Shown: in pieces, positions 27,801 to 42,800 of the stretch
Layout of the letters: every line of letters begins with the position of its first letter
Numbering within the stretch: the stretch's first letter is position 1
From: Octopus vulgaris
Lineage: Eukaryota
Assembly: GCA_951406725.2 (NCBI GenBank)
Contig: OX597816.1
Coordinates: 94,302,001 to 94,366,000 of the forward strand
Reading direction: 5' to 3'
Length of the DNA stretch: 64,000 bases
The notes under the pieces: model-generated
The model's database searches: none
What the model saw: the letters and a program-made list of their open reading frames with translations, nothing else
Told to the model about the DNA's origin: nothing
Position numbers and translations under genes: made by a program

Positions 27801-30800
27801 AACTGAACAACCCGATGCTGTAGCTTCTCAAAGACAGACTATTACAAAGTAATTATTCCATCATTGAACATTTTCTTAATTCTTATATTAACATGCTTTC
27901 TTTTCTAATTTCATTTTAACTCATAATAAAGTTACAACTTATAGCACTTCTTACAACTGAATAAAATTCACTACACACACACACTCACATACTGTATTAT
28001 TAAAGCTGCAGAAGCATCACAAAAATATCACCAAAAAAACTGTTACTCAGAGTTTCACGTTTCTGTTCATCAGACAGTTGTGATCAAGATGAACAGGAAC
28101 AGGAAACTCTGAGTAGCAGTTTTTTGTGATATTTTTGTTATGATTTTGCAGTGTTTAATAATAAAGCATATTACTCTACTTCTGGTATTCAAGTACTATT
28201 TTTTTCCCACCTTGTTTCACATTTATGTGCTTACTTGGGTGTATGTATGATTAAGCTTAAAGATGAGTTAATGTCTTTCTTCCTTAGGCCCATAATTCTT
28301 TGAGGTGGAACTAGCTCAAGCCATTCCTGTATCTGCTCAATCAGGGCACATAGTTATTTCTATTTTTTCATCAGTAAACTAGATACATAAATTGCAGGAT
28401 TAACAATCTTTTATTTTTGTTTTTGCATCATTGGTGTTTCCTACTTGAAACTACTTCTTAATATCTTTTCCACAATTTTCTAGATAGTTTAACTAAATCT
28501 TGGTCCTGCATCTAAATAGAAATATCTTTTAGATTTATCTAAAGGAAGATGAATTATGATAAAATATGAACTTTTAGAAGATTATGAAGCTTAAAATATC
28601 CTAAAATGTTCCTTTGATTTTAAAATAATAATTTGTTTTGCAGAATTTGTTGTGAATTAGCTAAACATACATTTGTGATGCAGGAGAGTGACAGAGCAAT
28701 GTCATTCTATAACGAAGCGCTTACTTTTAATGATGGAGATGTGGAGGTATGTCTGAAAAGCTTTCTATTTGTGATTTTAGATGAGACAGAACTTCAACAC
28801 ACACACACCCACACATTCACACAAGCACACCATGTGTTTCTAAATTTACAATTGTGAATGTAATTCATTTATTTACTTTATGTTATTGCTATTCTCATAT
28901 AAGTGGGGATATTAGTACTTTCATTTAATATCAAGAGCAAGGATGTCTGTCTGGTTAAGAAGCTTGCACAATGGCCACACAGTTTTGGGTATCCCAAGTG
29001 TCTTCCATCTTGGCTTTAAATTCACCAATACCATGTAAGGGAAATCTGAGAGAGAAAACTGTGTGGAAGTTTGCCCTATATATATATTGCCCTATATATA
29101 TATTGTGTGTGTTTGTTGACTTTATGTCTCTTACTAATGCTAGTGAAGGATATAGACATCACCAAGAAAAGTCACTCACACTTCACCAATACAGTGACAT
29201 AGTGATTGGTTTGTTGGAATCTCTGCAATCACATTTCCCAAAATATAAAATACAAAAATTTTATAATTTGATAGATTGGTGTTTGGAAGAACCTGTGATA
29301 GTCTTTGATAAATTGAGAACTATTGTTCTTTGTCCTTCAATATCACTATGTAACTTAGTAATGTTTCATTTTCCAAACTACCTTCTTTTTAGACAGGATT
29401 GTAACCTATGTGATCTTGTTGTTTGTAGTTTCTTTACCTTAGAACATTCATCTTCTCTTGCACCCATGGTAACATCTGTTGTTTTATTTATATTAATCCA
29501 ACTTTGTGTGGTTCTAAATCTGCTTTTCAAATTGCTGACCATTTCACCTGTATCTCCAGGATTTTGTACAATATTTATTATACAAAATGCTTAGTTCATA
29601 ATGCTTTACACTCAGGGGAAAATGGTCCACTGATTAACAGATTCAGAGAGCACCTGTTTAATGTGCAACACTATAATCTAGACCACATAAACCTGCTGAA
29701 TAATCACCACTTCTTGTCGTTGGTTTACTCCAGCATCAAGGTTTCTCTTTCACTAGGCTTTTTTGTGAAAAGTGACTGATTTTCTTTCTGTGTGTTTTCT
29801 TCCTCTAGTGTCCACAACCATTTATTTTCCATCATATCTTTTTTTCTCATTTCTTTTTATAACTACATACTCATTTTCTTTAAACTCCCTCACCACTACA
29901 CACATGTCTACATATGCTATGATCAACTCTGCCACTGCTAGTTTTTTTTTCCTTTTTTTATGTTATAACACTGTTTAACAAAATTTTGATTTTTCTTGTT
30001 TTTTTGTATTTAGTCAGTATGTGCTATTTCCTATTTGCTTCTATCTAGAAATCAATGGAAATGACTGCTGTTCCCTTCAAACTTTGCTTTTGTAACCTGG
30101 ACATCAATGTTTTGAAACTGACCTATTTTCCATTACATTTCAGACAGATTCAGTGCTGAGTTGCTGAAGCAGTAATATCATTATAGCAAATATTCTGCTC
30201 AGTACCACAGATTTGCTTGTCAGTTACTTGACCTTAACCACTTGAGCATGTTGCTTAGTGGCTGACAATATGTGCTTCTCTGAGCAAGAGTAATGGGGAA
30301 GAATCATAGCTATGTGTTGAGAAGTTTTGAATAAATGTAACAAAAGCAAAGTTTGAAGGAAATGTTAGCCATTTTTCATACTTTCTAGAAGTAAACAAAT
30401 AGGAAATAACTGTTGTTACCCAGGGACAAAAATCATGTTATATAGTGTAATCAACATTTCTACACACCATCCATCTCTCCTGTCTTCTACTCAGATATCA
30501 CATGCTCATCTACCCACTTCCTTCATCATTACCATATTTCTAAGATTAAAATAATTTTTTTCCTTGTTTGTTATCTTTCTTTGTTCTGATAAAAGCCTAT
30601 ACCCAAAACTGCAATAGGTTTCCATCATAACAAAATGCATTGAGTTTACATTTATTTTTCATGAGAAAATGAAAGAAAAAGGAAATTAAAACAGCTTCTA
30701 TATATTACAAAAAACCTTTATATTTCAGGCACAAAATCCTATCTTCGGAAGGAAGCAATCCAAGAAATGTGTATTCACACCAATCTCTGCATTGTTAGAG

Positions 30801-33800
30801 GCTTTCTTTATTTCCCTTTTCATTTTCTATTTCTGTACTACACTGCTTCAAGCGAACTACAATGTAGTTATCTTTAATTATTTTTATTACTTTTCATGTT
30901 TAGCTTTTTAGCTTTGTGGGTAGATGTTAAAAGTTCTTGAAAGAGTACCTTCTGTTATACTAAACTATTGCTTTATCTCTATTATAAACTGATTGTATGT
31001 GTGTACTAGTATGTACTGGCTGTAACTTCTGAAAATTCTTTATTTATGTAGGCTATGCTGGAGTTAGCTAAAGTTTATCTTATGTCTGGAGACTTGGACA
31101 GCTGTCAATCACAGTGCTTATCATTGTTAAAAAAAGACAAGGACAATGTTGCAGCAACTATGGTGAGTCTTTATATTCTGTTAATTTTGGGTCATTTGGA
31201 GGAATTAGAAGATCAGTGACATTAAAACTGTATGTGGTGTGTTTGTGGCAATACTGATACATAAACATCACCTAATACAACAGTAATATAAGCAAAAAAA
31301 AAAATTAAGATTTCCATTTTAATAGTTGAAGGATTTATATTAGGACTTTTCATGTATGCAGGCATGATTGAAACCATGTGGTTGAGAACTTCACTTTTCA
31401 ACTGCATGGTTTTGGGTTCAGTTCCACTGTGTGTCATCTTGGACAGAAACTGAAAGGAGGCTGTTGTGTGTGTCTTTGTGTCCCCTTATCTTGACCTCTT
31501 ACTTGTAAATGAGTGCCACCATCACTCATGTGGTGTCATTCATTTCTAATCCTCTGCAAAAATATGTCTAGCCATGGAGAAAAATTTCACCTTACTTAAA
31601 AAAATCAAGGACATCCAGTCAGAGAAAATCTGCAAGCATAGAAAAGTGGACATTGAACGATGTGTATATTTCTCTTCAGTGCCTCAGATTGATCCCCATG
31701 TCTAACATAAGCCAAAATCCTGGATGAGTAATATACTTAATGTATGTGTATACAACACCCTTGCAAATCAGTTTATACACTATTTCTATATACCTCAGAC
31801 TTGCTGAATGAAGTTTGTTTCAGAAGTAACATGAGTGTATGACATTGAGAAACCATAACAACAAAATATGTATCTTGTTGCTCTCACAGTCATTTCTAGG
31901 TTGATTTCATTTCACCTAGCTCTTAAGTATATTGTTTTCTTGCACAATACATCTATAAAGTGATTTTTCCCAAGCAAAATCTGCAGCTTTTGACATTTCA
32001 AAAGCACATACTTTAAGTTATATTGATGAAGATTTTGTTATGGAGCTGCTTCTGTTGCATAATTCAAGCATGACATACTTTGAAAAATGAATTTAATTAA
32101 ATGTAAATGTGATGGTTTTATTTCATTTTTTAACATTTCAGATGCTTTCAAATGTATATTTTTATAAAAATTCCTTTGAAGAGGCCATCAAACATTATAA
32201 GCAGCTGCTGGAGAAGAAACCAGGTGAGACTACATATTTAACTTTGCAATAGTATTAAAACAAGAAGTTGAGCCTATAAGAAAACGTTCATGTAGCTACT
32301 CAAACTGTTAGAAAAGCAGTCAAATCTCCATGGGCACATGTTGGTTTCGTTTGAATAAAAGACAAAATGTCTTTCATCATAAATTTCCTCAAATAGGGAT
32401 GATCAAGGGCTCAGCAATGATAAAATACTAGAGTGTCAAGACAATGAATACAGTAACTTGACCTGCTAGAAATAGTATATATCTCTCAAATACACTTTCA
32501 CTCTTTTGCTAAAGCAAGGAAAACACTTGCACTTTTTCATAGGAGGCCATTTATAAATGTAAAAAGTAAATGTAAAGTAAGAATAAAATTTGCAGACATT
32601 TAAAAGATAACAAGAAAATGAAATACAACACATACTGATTTACTGTCTAATGCTTCTTTGTATTCAGGCTTTGTTAAATTAAGTGTTCACATTATCAAAA
32701 ATACAGTGAAAGTTTCTCTTCCTCCAAAAAAGTGAAGATATTTCCCTAGAAAATGAAATTATGAGTGAACAAAAGTATTCAATCATAATAATAAAATGAA
32801 TAGTGGATAGTAGGTTATTGGCTGGATACAATACAGTGTTCAGTACAATGAAAGCATATTGACCTGGTTTTTAAGATAACCTTTGCCTAAGTTAAGGTAA
32901 CCAAGGTACATCCTATCACTAGGGCACCCTTACAATTTAGATTTGTGCCCAAGAAAAGAAAATATAATTCTGTGGTTACTCATCAAAGGAATTATACAGA
33001 CCTTTGCAATATCTAAAAGTTTTCTAAAATTAAATTATTTAAAATATTTAATTTCTTTCCTTTCTCTTGTTGTTTAATTCCAGCTTAGCTGAACTAGTTT
33101 AATTAATAGTTTAATTCTAGGTTAGCCTGTTTATATCTTTGATCAAAAGTCTAAAATAAATATTTGTTAAATTTTTGCAGATAATTATGAAGTTCTTGCT
33201 AAACTTATTGATGCTATGAAATGCAATGGGCAACTTGATGAAGTGCCAAAGTTCCTGGAGTCTATAAAAGAGGCTTTGACATGTGCGAAAATGGAAGCTG
33301 GTTACTATTTTTGTCATGGTCTGTATAATCGGTAAGAAGTGTCAGCATTTATAATGATTTACTGTGCTACATGTGATTTTTCTGGAATCTAGCTAAAAGA
33401 ACTTTCTTTCCTCTTTTCCCTTGTTGGCATGAGTTAGATGATACTTGATAGAGCAGTCCTCTACTGCTGGATGCCTTTCTTGTTTTCAAGTAAGGTACTT
33501 TTATCTATTGGTGTTTGTTAAACCACTAAGTTGCAAGACATGTGAAACATAAACAAATGTCACTGCTGCCCAAGCATTCTCAGTGCAAAAGAAAATGGCA
33601 ACAAACACCAAACACATAACACATACACATGTCCATATATATGTGTATGTGATGTTACTTGATGATCAAACTTGTGCAGGTATCTTGAAAAACACACCCA
33701 GTATATTCTGTAAAACGGTTGACATTAGCAAATGCATCCAGTTGCAGAAACTATGCCAGAACAGTCCTCTTGTTCATTGGATCCTGTCAAACCATCCAGC

Positions 33801-36800
33801 CAATTCCAACATGGAAGACAGACTTATTTATATAAGAACAGTCATCATCATTTAACATCCACTTTTCATAGGTTGTGCAGTGAGATAGGATCCTGCACTT
33901 CAGAGAATAAAACTGAGTCTGAACCAAAACCATGTGACTGGGAAGCAAACAGCTTAGCTATGCAACCAAATGTCTATTCCTTTAGAAATGACTGTTATAA
34001 ATAACTACCTTAATAAAGTATCATCTGTTAATAAAACTATTGCTTTCTGGTCCCTATTTTCAGATTAATCAGTTCTTCTACAATTGCTTTAAAAAGCTTC
34101 AACATGGCTCGCAAGGATACAACATGGAGTAATTCTGCCCTTTACAACATGGTAGAGATATGCCTTAATCCTGACAGTGAAACAATCGGAGGAGAAGTCT
34201 TTGAGTCGGTGGATAATAGTGATGGGTTAGACTCTTTTTATATGTTCCTTGTTAACTAAATGTTTTCTTTCTTTGTTATCTTCAACTTTTTCAGCACAAA
34301 GAACAAAGCATTGGCAATAAGAATTCTGATGTTATGATTCATTATTTCACACATTTGTGAATGTTAATCTGTGATTTAAGAAAGGTAGAAATAGAATTTT
34401 TTATCAAACAAGGGTTGATATTGTTAGAACAAGGCAAACAGAGAATACAGATGTGAATACAGAAATTGCACCATCTCCTCTTAAATTACTGCAAAGAATA
34501 TTGGTAAAGGATTGGCACTTATGAAGTTCTGCAAGCTTTCACTGAAAACAACCTTAATTGTGAATATAACATTAAAAAAAATTACAAGAGGAATTTACAA
34601 TAAACACAGTTCCTACACTGAGTTGTATAAAGTGATATACATCATCAAAATTTAACATCAGTTTTCCATGCTGGTATGGGATGGATGGTTCAACAGGAGC
34701 TGATGAGCCAAAGGACTGCATCAAACTCCATTTTCTACTTTGTTTTGGTTTCTATGGTTTGATGTCCTTCCTAATGCCAACCACTTTACAGAATGTACTG
34801 ATTGTTTTCTATGTGGTACTAGTCAAATAACTTGCAAATATCAAGTAACTTGCAAATAAAAGCCATCAACTGAGTGGGTGTAGTACTGAGGGAGGTGGCT
34901 TTGTGCCAGGAGATAAGAAGATAAAATGAGATAGATAGGTACAGGTGTCTTTCTGTAGGGGTGGTACATAGTTACTCCCATTGAAAAAGAGAGATAGTGG
35001 TGAAGATGTATCAGGGCATACCCTCAAATTACAGGAAAGTGAACAGAAAAGAAATGATAGTGAGGATTAGACAGGGTGAATGTTTAGATATCATTTGGAG
35101 ACATAAAAGTGGCTGTATTGTTTTTTTAGCATTATCCAAAAATATCTACTACACATATATCACTTTACATAAAAATCAATTGAAAAATAATTTTTGCATT
35201 ACAGGATTTCATGTTACAGTAAGTTTTTCAAGAACATACTACTTCCATAACTTGGAGAAAGAGGCAGATTCCTGTGCTTTAATAAGCAACAGATTTAAAT
35301 TACTTAATAAAGATTTCTATGCTGAGTACTATAAACTGTTCTTTGTACATGGTGACTGGATAGTATCATAAATATATTTTGTTCAATTTATATCTTAAGA
35401 AAATTAGGGAAACATTACATTCGTTTTGTTTTTTTCTTTTGTTAGTTATGATCAGCAGAGAACAAACAATGAGCGGGTGGCTCTCAGGACTGCTGAAAAG
35501 CTGCTGAAGGTAAGATGTATTATTTTTTTTATCTTCACTGGCATCATAACTATCATCCCTCCCACCAGCACCATCATAATAATTATAATTGCAACAGTTA
35601 CTTTATGGTAATTAAAAATATGCTTAACACAACTGTCTTTAGCTACTCCATAACTCTCACTTATAACTTAAACATTTGTCTGAAATGTCACATGACAGTC
35701 CTTTTGACACCAAAATTACAAAAATCGAATGTTCCTGTGAAAACTTTTCTCACTTGCAACTTTTGCCTTTTTTGCAAAAAGTAAGGGGGGAGTCCCTTCA
35801 GTTTTATCGATTTTTCTCCGAGAAGCAGTATCTCTAAGCATCGGTAATGCAGTAGTAACCTGCCTGGGTAAATTTGCCATTTAATAAAAAAAATTTCATC
35901 AAAATTGGATGAAAAATGTGAAAACACATAAAAAGCATACACACACACACACACACAGAGACATTTTGAGTTTTATAGATATAGATAGATGGGAATGGGA
36001 TTGAAAATGGTAGCAGATAGGTGAGATGTTAAACATGAAGTATGGCAGTTCTAAGATTTGGCTCAGAGATGGGGAGAGATTACTGAAGGCGCAGAAAGTC
36101 GGGTGTTCAGTAAAAATATCACAATGATCAACATTATGCAAAAATCTGTGTTAACTAGGACTGCTAACAAGCTCAGAAAAATTGGCAGGGGTTGGGGTCT
36201 AAAATTTCTCAATCTAATTGAAAATGTAGAATAATTAGTAATTATTTCCAATGAAAAACGTTATATTTAAATTTTTGTTAGATCCCTTTTATGAATTCTC
36301 TTAAATATATTCAACAGAGCCATAGATTTTGTTCAGATTAAATTTATAAAATTACTTTGTTGCTTAATTTTTTAGTGAAAGTATTTCTTACACATTTTCC
36401 TTTTCTATTTTTCATAACTTTCTGCATAAAATATTTACAAATTTTTCTACTAACTATTAAAAATCTTATTGATTATTCCAGGAAATGGTATTTATCTTTA
36501 ACAAATTTTATTAAAAATACATCTTTTAATCTTATAACATCAAAGATTTGATGTAGTGTGAAAATTTTTAACAAACAGAAGATTCAGCTGAGCATTAGAA
36601 TAAAAAAGATAGAGGTGTGAAATAAAACGAACTGTAAACAGATGTAAATGTTACATTTTCCAGAAATTCTAAGTACTTCTTTTATCTATTGAGTAGGAGG
36701 TGAAGCCACAGGAAGATAACACACAATTACAGATAATGAAGAACATGGTGCTAGTGAGTACCAAAAATAAAGCAAATGTCGAGAAAGCTTTGATGAATTT

Positions 36801-39800
36801 CATGGAAATTGTCTCTACCTATGTAAGTTATGTAGTTACATTGTTAGGTTATTTATTGTTATATTCTCAGATGAGATAATTTCATGCATTCTTTAAATCT
36901 TTGAAATATATTGACTATTCTTAAGTGGCCAAAAGGAAGGAAATATTTATAATAAAACCCAACACCTAATGTTGGTGCAGGCATAGCTGTGTGATTAAGA
37001 AGTTTGCTTTCTAACCACTCTGTGGAAACTTGGGCAAGTGTCTTCTACTATAGCCATGGGCTGACAAAAGCCTTGTGAGTGGATTTGATGAGCAGAACTG
37101 AAAAAAGCCCATTGTTTGTCCTTATTTTTCTTCTTTTTCTTTTGCTGCACTTGTAAACCAATTGTGACAAATCTTTGCCTCCAGTAACAGAGCATTCACT
37201 ATATTTTTGTTTTCTATGTGTGCCATCCCTGAAGAGCACATGTATCAGATAGCCATGTTGTTATCTAATATCTGGTGCAAAACCAATTGGTAAGATCAAC
37301 TGTAGTGGATTTATAATATTGTATTTTTTTATTGTGGAAGCACATGGCCGAGTGGTTAGAGCAACGGACTTGCGGTCAAGGGATCATGGATTCAAATCTC
37401 AGACCAGGCAATGTGTGTGTTTATGAGTGAAACACCTAAGCTCCACATGGCTCTGGCAGAAGGTAATGGTGAACTGCTGACTCTTTCACCTCAGCTTTCT
37501 CTCACTCTTTCCTCCTGCATCTAGCAGCTCACCTGTGACAGACTGGCATCCCATTCAGATGGGGAACCTATACTCCAGTGAAACCAGGAAACCGGCCCTT
37601 ATGAGCCCAGCATGGCTCAAGAAGGAACAAACAACAACATTCTTTGATTAACCCACATGTGTGTGTGTGTGTGTCCTTGTCATAATCAGATGATTGTTTT
37701 AGATGAATGTCTTTCATTTCCAGTGTTATGCAAAATATATGACTAGCTATGGGGAAATATTACCTTGCTAGAAAACAGGTAAGGGTCAGTGACAGGAAGA
37801 GCATTGACCATTGAAAATATGTTTCCAATAAGTTCCACCTGACCCATACAAGAATGAAAAAGTGGTTATTAAAACAATGATGAATTTGTTGACTCAGTTT
37901 TATTTTATTTATTTTTTGTTTAGGGAGAACCATGATTAATATTTGGATTCTTAAACCTTAATCATTTTCCTACAAGATAGATCTTTTAAAAGCAAGATGT
38001 TTGACATTTTAAATCAAATTGTCATTTCACATACAGCGTTGTTTAAAAACTTTCCTACAAGCTCAAAATTTTTTTAATATAGGAAAGCTACCTGACATAA
38101 TTTTACAAAATAGGCATCAGTTAAGCATTACATCTAAGGAATGTAAAGAGTAGCATGTTTGTTAAATAGTTTATTCTGGATTACCTGTGCCATGAAAGAC
38201 TTCTTATTGTCTGTTTAATATTTAGATTTGGAAATAAACTGAAATTTAAAGGTAGTACAGTAGCAATAATAAACATTATCTATCACATTTTGAACATTCT
38301 AAAATTAGATTAGTGATAAAAAAGCAATGATAAACAAATTGATTCTTTAATACAGCTATTGAGTAATTTTAGTCAGATCTATCTATGAACCTATGGTTCA
38401 TATGAAATCCATTATCTCAGATTGTGTAATTTGCTAATTTAATGAAAGCATAAATTAAGTATTTTGATGTTTTGATGAGTTATCAGACTATTAACCTCAT
38501 CTTAAGTGTTGAACAATTTGTTTTGATCAGGTGTCTTTTTTTAGAATGCATACAAAGTACCAGATGTGGTTATCAGGTATCTTGTTTCTGCACTGTACTC
38601 TTGTGTGCTCTTGTTTTGACATCATGTGATGGTTGTAAGCATGCATCAGTGTCATACAGGTGATGTTGTTCATTTCCAGTCTTCTTTGGCAAAAACATTT
38701 CAGGCCAGAGGAAAACATTCCCTTACATGGAAACAGGTAAGGACTGGCAACAGGAAAGGCAACTAGAAAATCTACCTCAATTAATTCCATCTGACCCATG
38801 TGAGTAAGGAGCAGTAGATGGTGATGATGATATTCCACCAGGTACATCTGATGTACGAGATGATAATCATCATCAAATGCCTTATTACTGAATGTGGGAA
38901 TTCTATCAGACTGAATTCTCTGCAAGAAACTTTATTTCTAAACCATGGGTAATAACACTTTTCTATAAGTAAATGAGTCTGTGCAATTCATAATTTCCTA
39001 TAGCACTGGGTTCTTGACAGAGCCTATTATTTTGTATGTTGCAAACAGTTTTCTCTTCATTTACTTTGAGAAAGGTATGCATGTCAGCTCTAACTCTAAT
39101 TAGTATGAATATCTGGAAATTATTTTACAAGACTATAAATGTTTTCTTATAGATATTCAATTCATTTTCTGTATTGTTTTTTTTCTTTCACTTGTTTCAG
39201 TCATACGTAAAAAGCACCAACTGATCGTGGCCATTTGCCAGCCTCCTCTGGCCCCTGTGCTGGTGGCACGTAAAAAGCACCCCCTACACTCACAGAGTGG
39301 TTGGCATTAGGAAAGGCATCCAGCTCTAGAAACACTATCAAATCAGACTGCAGCCTGGTGCAGCCTCCTGGCTTCCCAGACCCTGGTCAAACTGTCCAAT
39401 CCATGCTAGCATGGAAAACGGACATTAAACAATAATGATGATGATATAGTCTTGTAAAATAATTTCCACCTTGAAGAATTTTTAATTGAACAAATCAACT
39501 CCAGGACTTTTTTTTTAAGCCTGGTACTTATTCTACTGTTTTATTTTGTTTTGTTTTTTTTGTCGAACCATTAAGTTACAGGAACATAAACAAACCAACA
39601 CCAGCTGTCAGGTGGTGGCGGAACACACATATATGTATCATCAGAAAATCATAAATCTGAAAATGAAGCACACTCTAGGTTATAAAGCAGTAGTGTATAG
39701 ATATAGATAGATATGGCCGGTTTATGGGGTTACCTTGGATTTCACGTCCATAAAGCACTTAGCTTTACCATGTTTTTTCAGACCCTAGGCCTATGGTCCC

Positions 39801-42800
39801 TCGAGCAAGGAAGGAGGAAAAGACTTCATTACTGTCAACTAGTAGCAGTCGAAGGGAGACAATCCCGTGTTGTTGATATAGAGTAACAAAGTCTTCTCCT
39901 CCTCCACTTTCTAGAGATGCTATAGGTCTGAAGAAACACTGTAAAGCTAAGCACTTTATGGACATGAAACCCAGAGTAACCTCAGAGATCAACCCTATCT
40001 ATCTTCATATATATATATAATACATTAAAAGTTAGTTTGAATCTTGCCTGCTTGCAATGTTACCCAGCCAAACTGTGCATAATGGGAAAATACTATGAAT
40101 TAAGTTTACCCTGAAACGTTAATACAAATGGAATGAAACAAGTTTCATGTAAATTGAACAAGTAATTTTGGAGATATTAGAGGTTTTTGGATATAAATAC
40201 TCAAAACAGTGCATAATGGGGAAAATATTCAGAATATAATCTTAATTCTGCAAGGGAATTATCTTTCAATTAGACACAGTGACTTGACAATGAAAAAATA
40301 CGAGTTTATTTAGAGTAAATGTTTCTATTTTCACTTTTGTTAAACACAATATTTTGATAATTTAGAAATATTTTTAAGTGTATGTGATTTCAAAAATATA
40401 AGTTGTTTGTACTGTAAGTATTTATATTTTAGCTTTCTTTAAACAGACAATATTTCAATGTTTTTAAAATTATTTTCAAGTGAATACCATTACTAAAATT
40501 TTTTGTGGCATAGCTAAAATATATTCTAAAGTGAAATGACTTTAAAAATATGGTAGATATTTCATAAATAGCCCATTTATAACCATAGGTTTTTTTTTTT
40601 AGTGCATTAAACATATCTCATCTCCAAAGATTTGGTAGCTATTTCTAGCACACCCTGCTATCATGTATCAGCTATTTGTGATAAAGGACCTGAAATACCT
40701 GTTATGTGGTAGCAGGGTGTGCAAGAAATAGCAGCCAAATCTTTCTTTTTCTGGGGAAAGGAACCTTTTACACATGATTTCAATGTCACATTCATTGAAA
40801 GCATGCAAAATAACCTGGAAAAGGAAAAAAACCCATGAAACAAAACTCCATTGCTTGGAAACTCAAAGTTTCCCAGTGACCCAATGGGTTACAAGTAGTC
40901 TAGTATATATAGTTAATCCAAACAAGAAAGCACAAAAAAACAACAACGCAAGGACATGGAACAAATATAGTATTATTGGACGCTCAGGAAAGAAGGCGGG
41001 TTTAACGTTTCAAGCGGAGCTCTTCGTCGGAAACATAGGAGAAGGGAAGACAGAGGAAAAAAAAAATCGCCAACGGTACACACGAGGTCACATTTTGAAA
41101 GACCGGAAGGAAAGGGGTGAAGAAAGGTGTTTTCAAAGACAGAAGAGTATTTCTGTCAAAGAAAGGGGAATGGTAGAGGCGGAGGAATGTGTGTGTAAGT
41201 GTGGATATGTGCATGCGTGGAGGTCTGTGTGTGTGTATGTGTGCAATGATGACACGTGTGTGTATGTGTGTGTGGTTTTATCTGTTAAACAAAGCGTGTT
41301 TGTAGGGCTAGTAGTGTGAAGGTCGAGGAAGGAGTGGTGCCTTTTGTCTCTACCACAGGCCAGTACTGCTACTTTGAAGTATGTGTGTGTGTGCGTGTAT
41401 GTATATGTATCGTATGTGTGTTTTGTTTGTAGTGTGTGTGTGTATGTGTGTGTGTGTGTTCGTGTGTGTATGCGTAGAGTCTGGGTGTGCGGCGAATAAC
41501 TGCTTTACTTAGTGTATATGTGCTTGTACGTGTATATGTGTGTATACATGTATGTATAATTGTGTGCCGTGTGTATGGGACGTATGTGTGGGTTCATTTG
41601 TGTGTGTGCATGCGTGTACGTGTGCGTTTGTATGTGTGTGCAAGTGTATATGGGTGTATATACGTGTATCTATGGGGTTGTGAGTTTTGAGTGTGTGCAT
41701 TCGTATGTGTGCGCATGTTTTTGTGTGCGTGTGTGTGTGTGTGTCTGATGTATATATATATATATATATATATGAGTGTGATCGTTACCAGCATCGCCTT
41801 ACTGGCACTTTTCCCAGTGGCACGGGAAAACCACTCGAGCGAGATTGTTGCTAGTGCAGGTGGCATGTAAAAAACACCATTTGAGCATGGCCATTGCCAG
41901 TACTGCCAGACTGGCCCTTGTGCCGGTGGCACGTAAAATCACTCACTACACTCTTCGAGTGGTTGGCATTAGGAAGGGCATCCAGCTGTAGAAACTCTGT
42001 CAGATCAAGATTGGAGCCTGGTGCAGCCATCTGGTTCACCAGTTCTCTGTCAATTCGGCTATCCCATGCTAGCATGGAAAGCGGATGTTAAGCGATGATA
42101 ATGATGATATATGATGACAGGCTTTTATCAGTTTCTATCTACCAAATCCACTCACAAGATTTGGTCAGTCCGAAGCTCCAGTAGAAGACACTAGCCCAGG
42201 GTGCCATGCCTGTATGATGAGAATTATGTAATAAGCATTTGGTATTTACTATGAAGCATGCACAACAGAAAAAAACTACTTATAGATTAGATATATGTAA
42301 TCTAAAGTGATCATATGACCTTCACCTCATCCAAACTTGATGAGAAATTCTGATTGTTTTTGCTCTTTTACTTTCTTTCTCCTCTCTCACATATACACAC
42401 TCTATCTATCTATCTATCTATCATTTGTAAAGCAAAACAAAATATATTTACTTTGACTGGTGCAGCAGCATACTAGTCAACTGCTACAAAGGTAAAGGTG
42501 ATGCCCTAGATACAAATAATTACAGAGGTATCAAGCTGTTGGATCAAGTAATGAAGGTTACGGAGAGGGTCATAGCCCAACTAATTAGAGAGAGTTAGTT
42601 TAGATGAGATGCAGTTTGGGTTCGTGCCAGGGAAAAGTACCACTGATGCTATATTCCTGGTAAGGCAGCTGCAGGAGAAATACCTAGCCAAAGATAAGCC
42701 CCTGTACCTGGCTTTCGTTGACATGGAGAAAGCTTTTGATAGGGTCCCCCGATCCCTTATCTGGTGGTCAATGAGGAAACTAGGGATAGATGAATGGCTG

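Noticed and set aside
28971-29594. 207-aa ORF as an independent gene
   Set aside because: Intronic; overlaps SINE and decayed Penelope-like sequence, with no coherent protein signal.
37335-37410. Possible tRNA gene (box A/box B present); also heads at ~9924, 47028, 53517
   Set aside because: No intact cloverleaf, and each continues into a SINE body and tail, so these are tRNA-derived SINE heads.
40774-41932. ORFs rich in C/V or H/T
   Set aside because: Translations of GT/CA microsatellite tracts.
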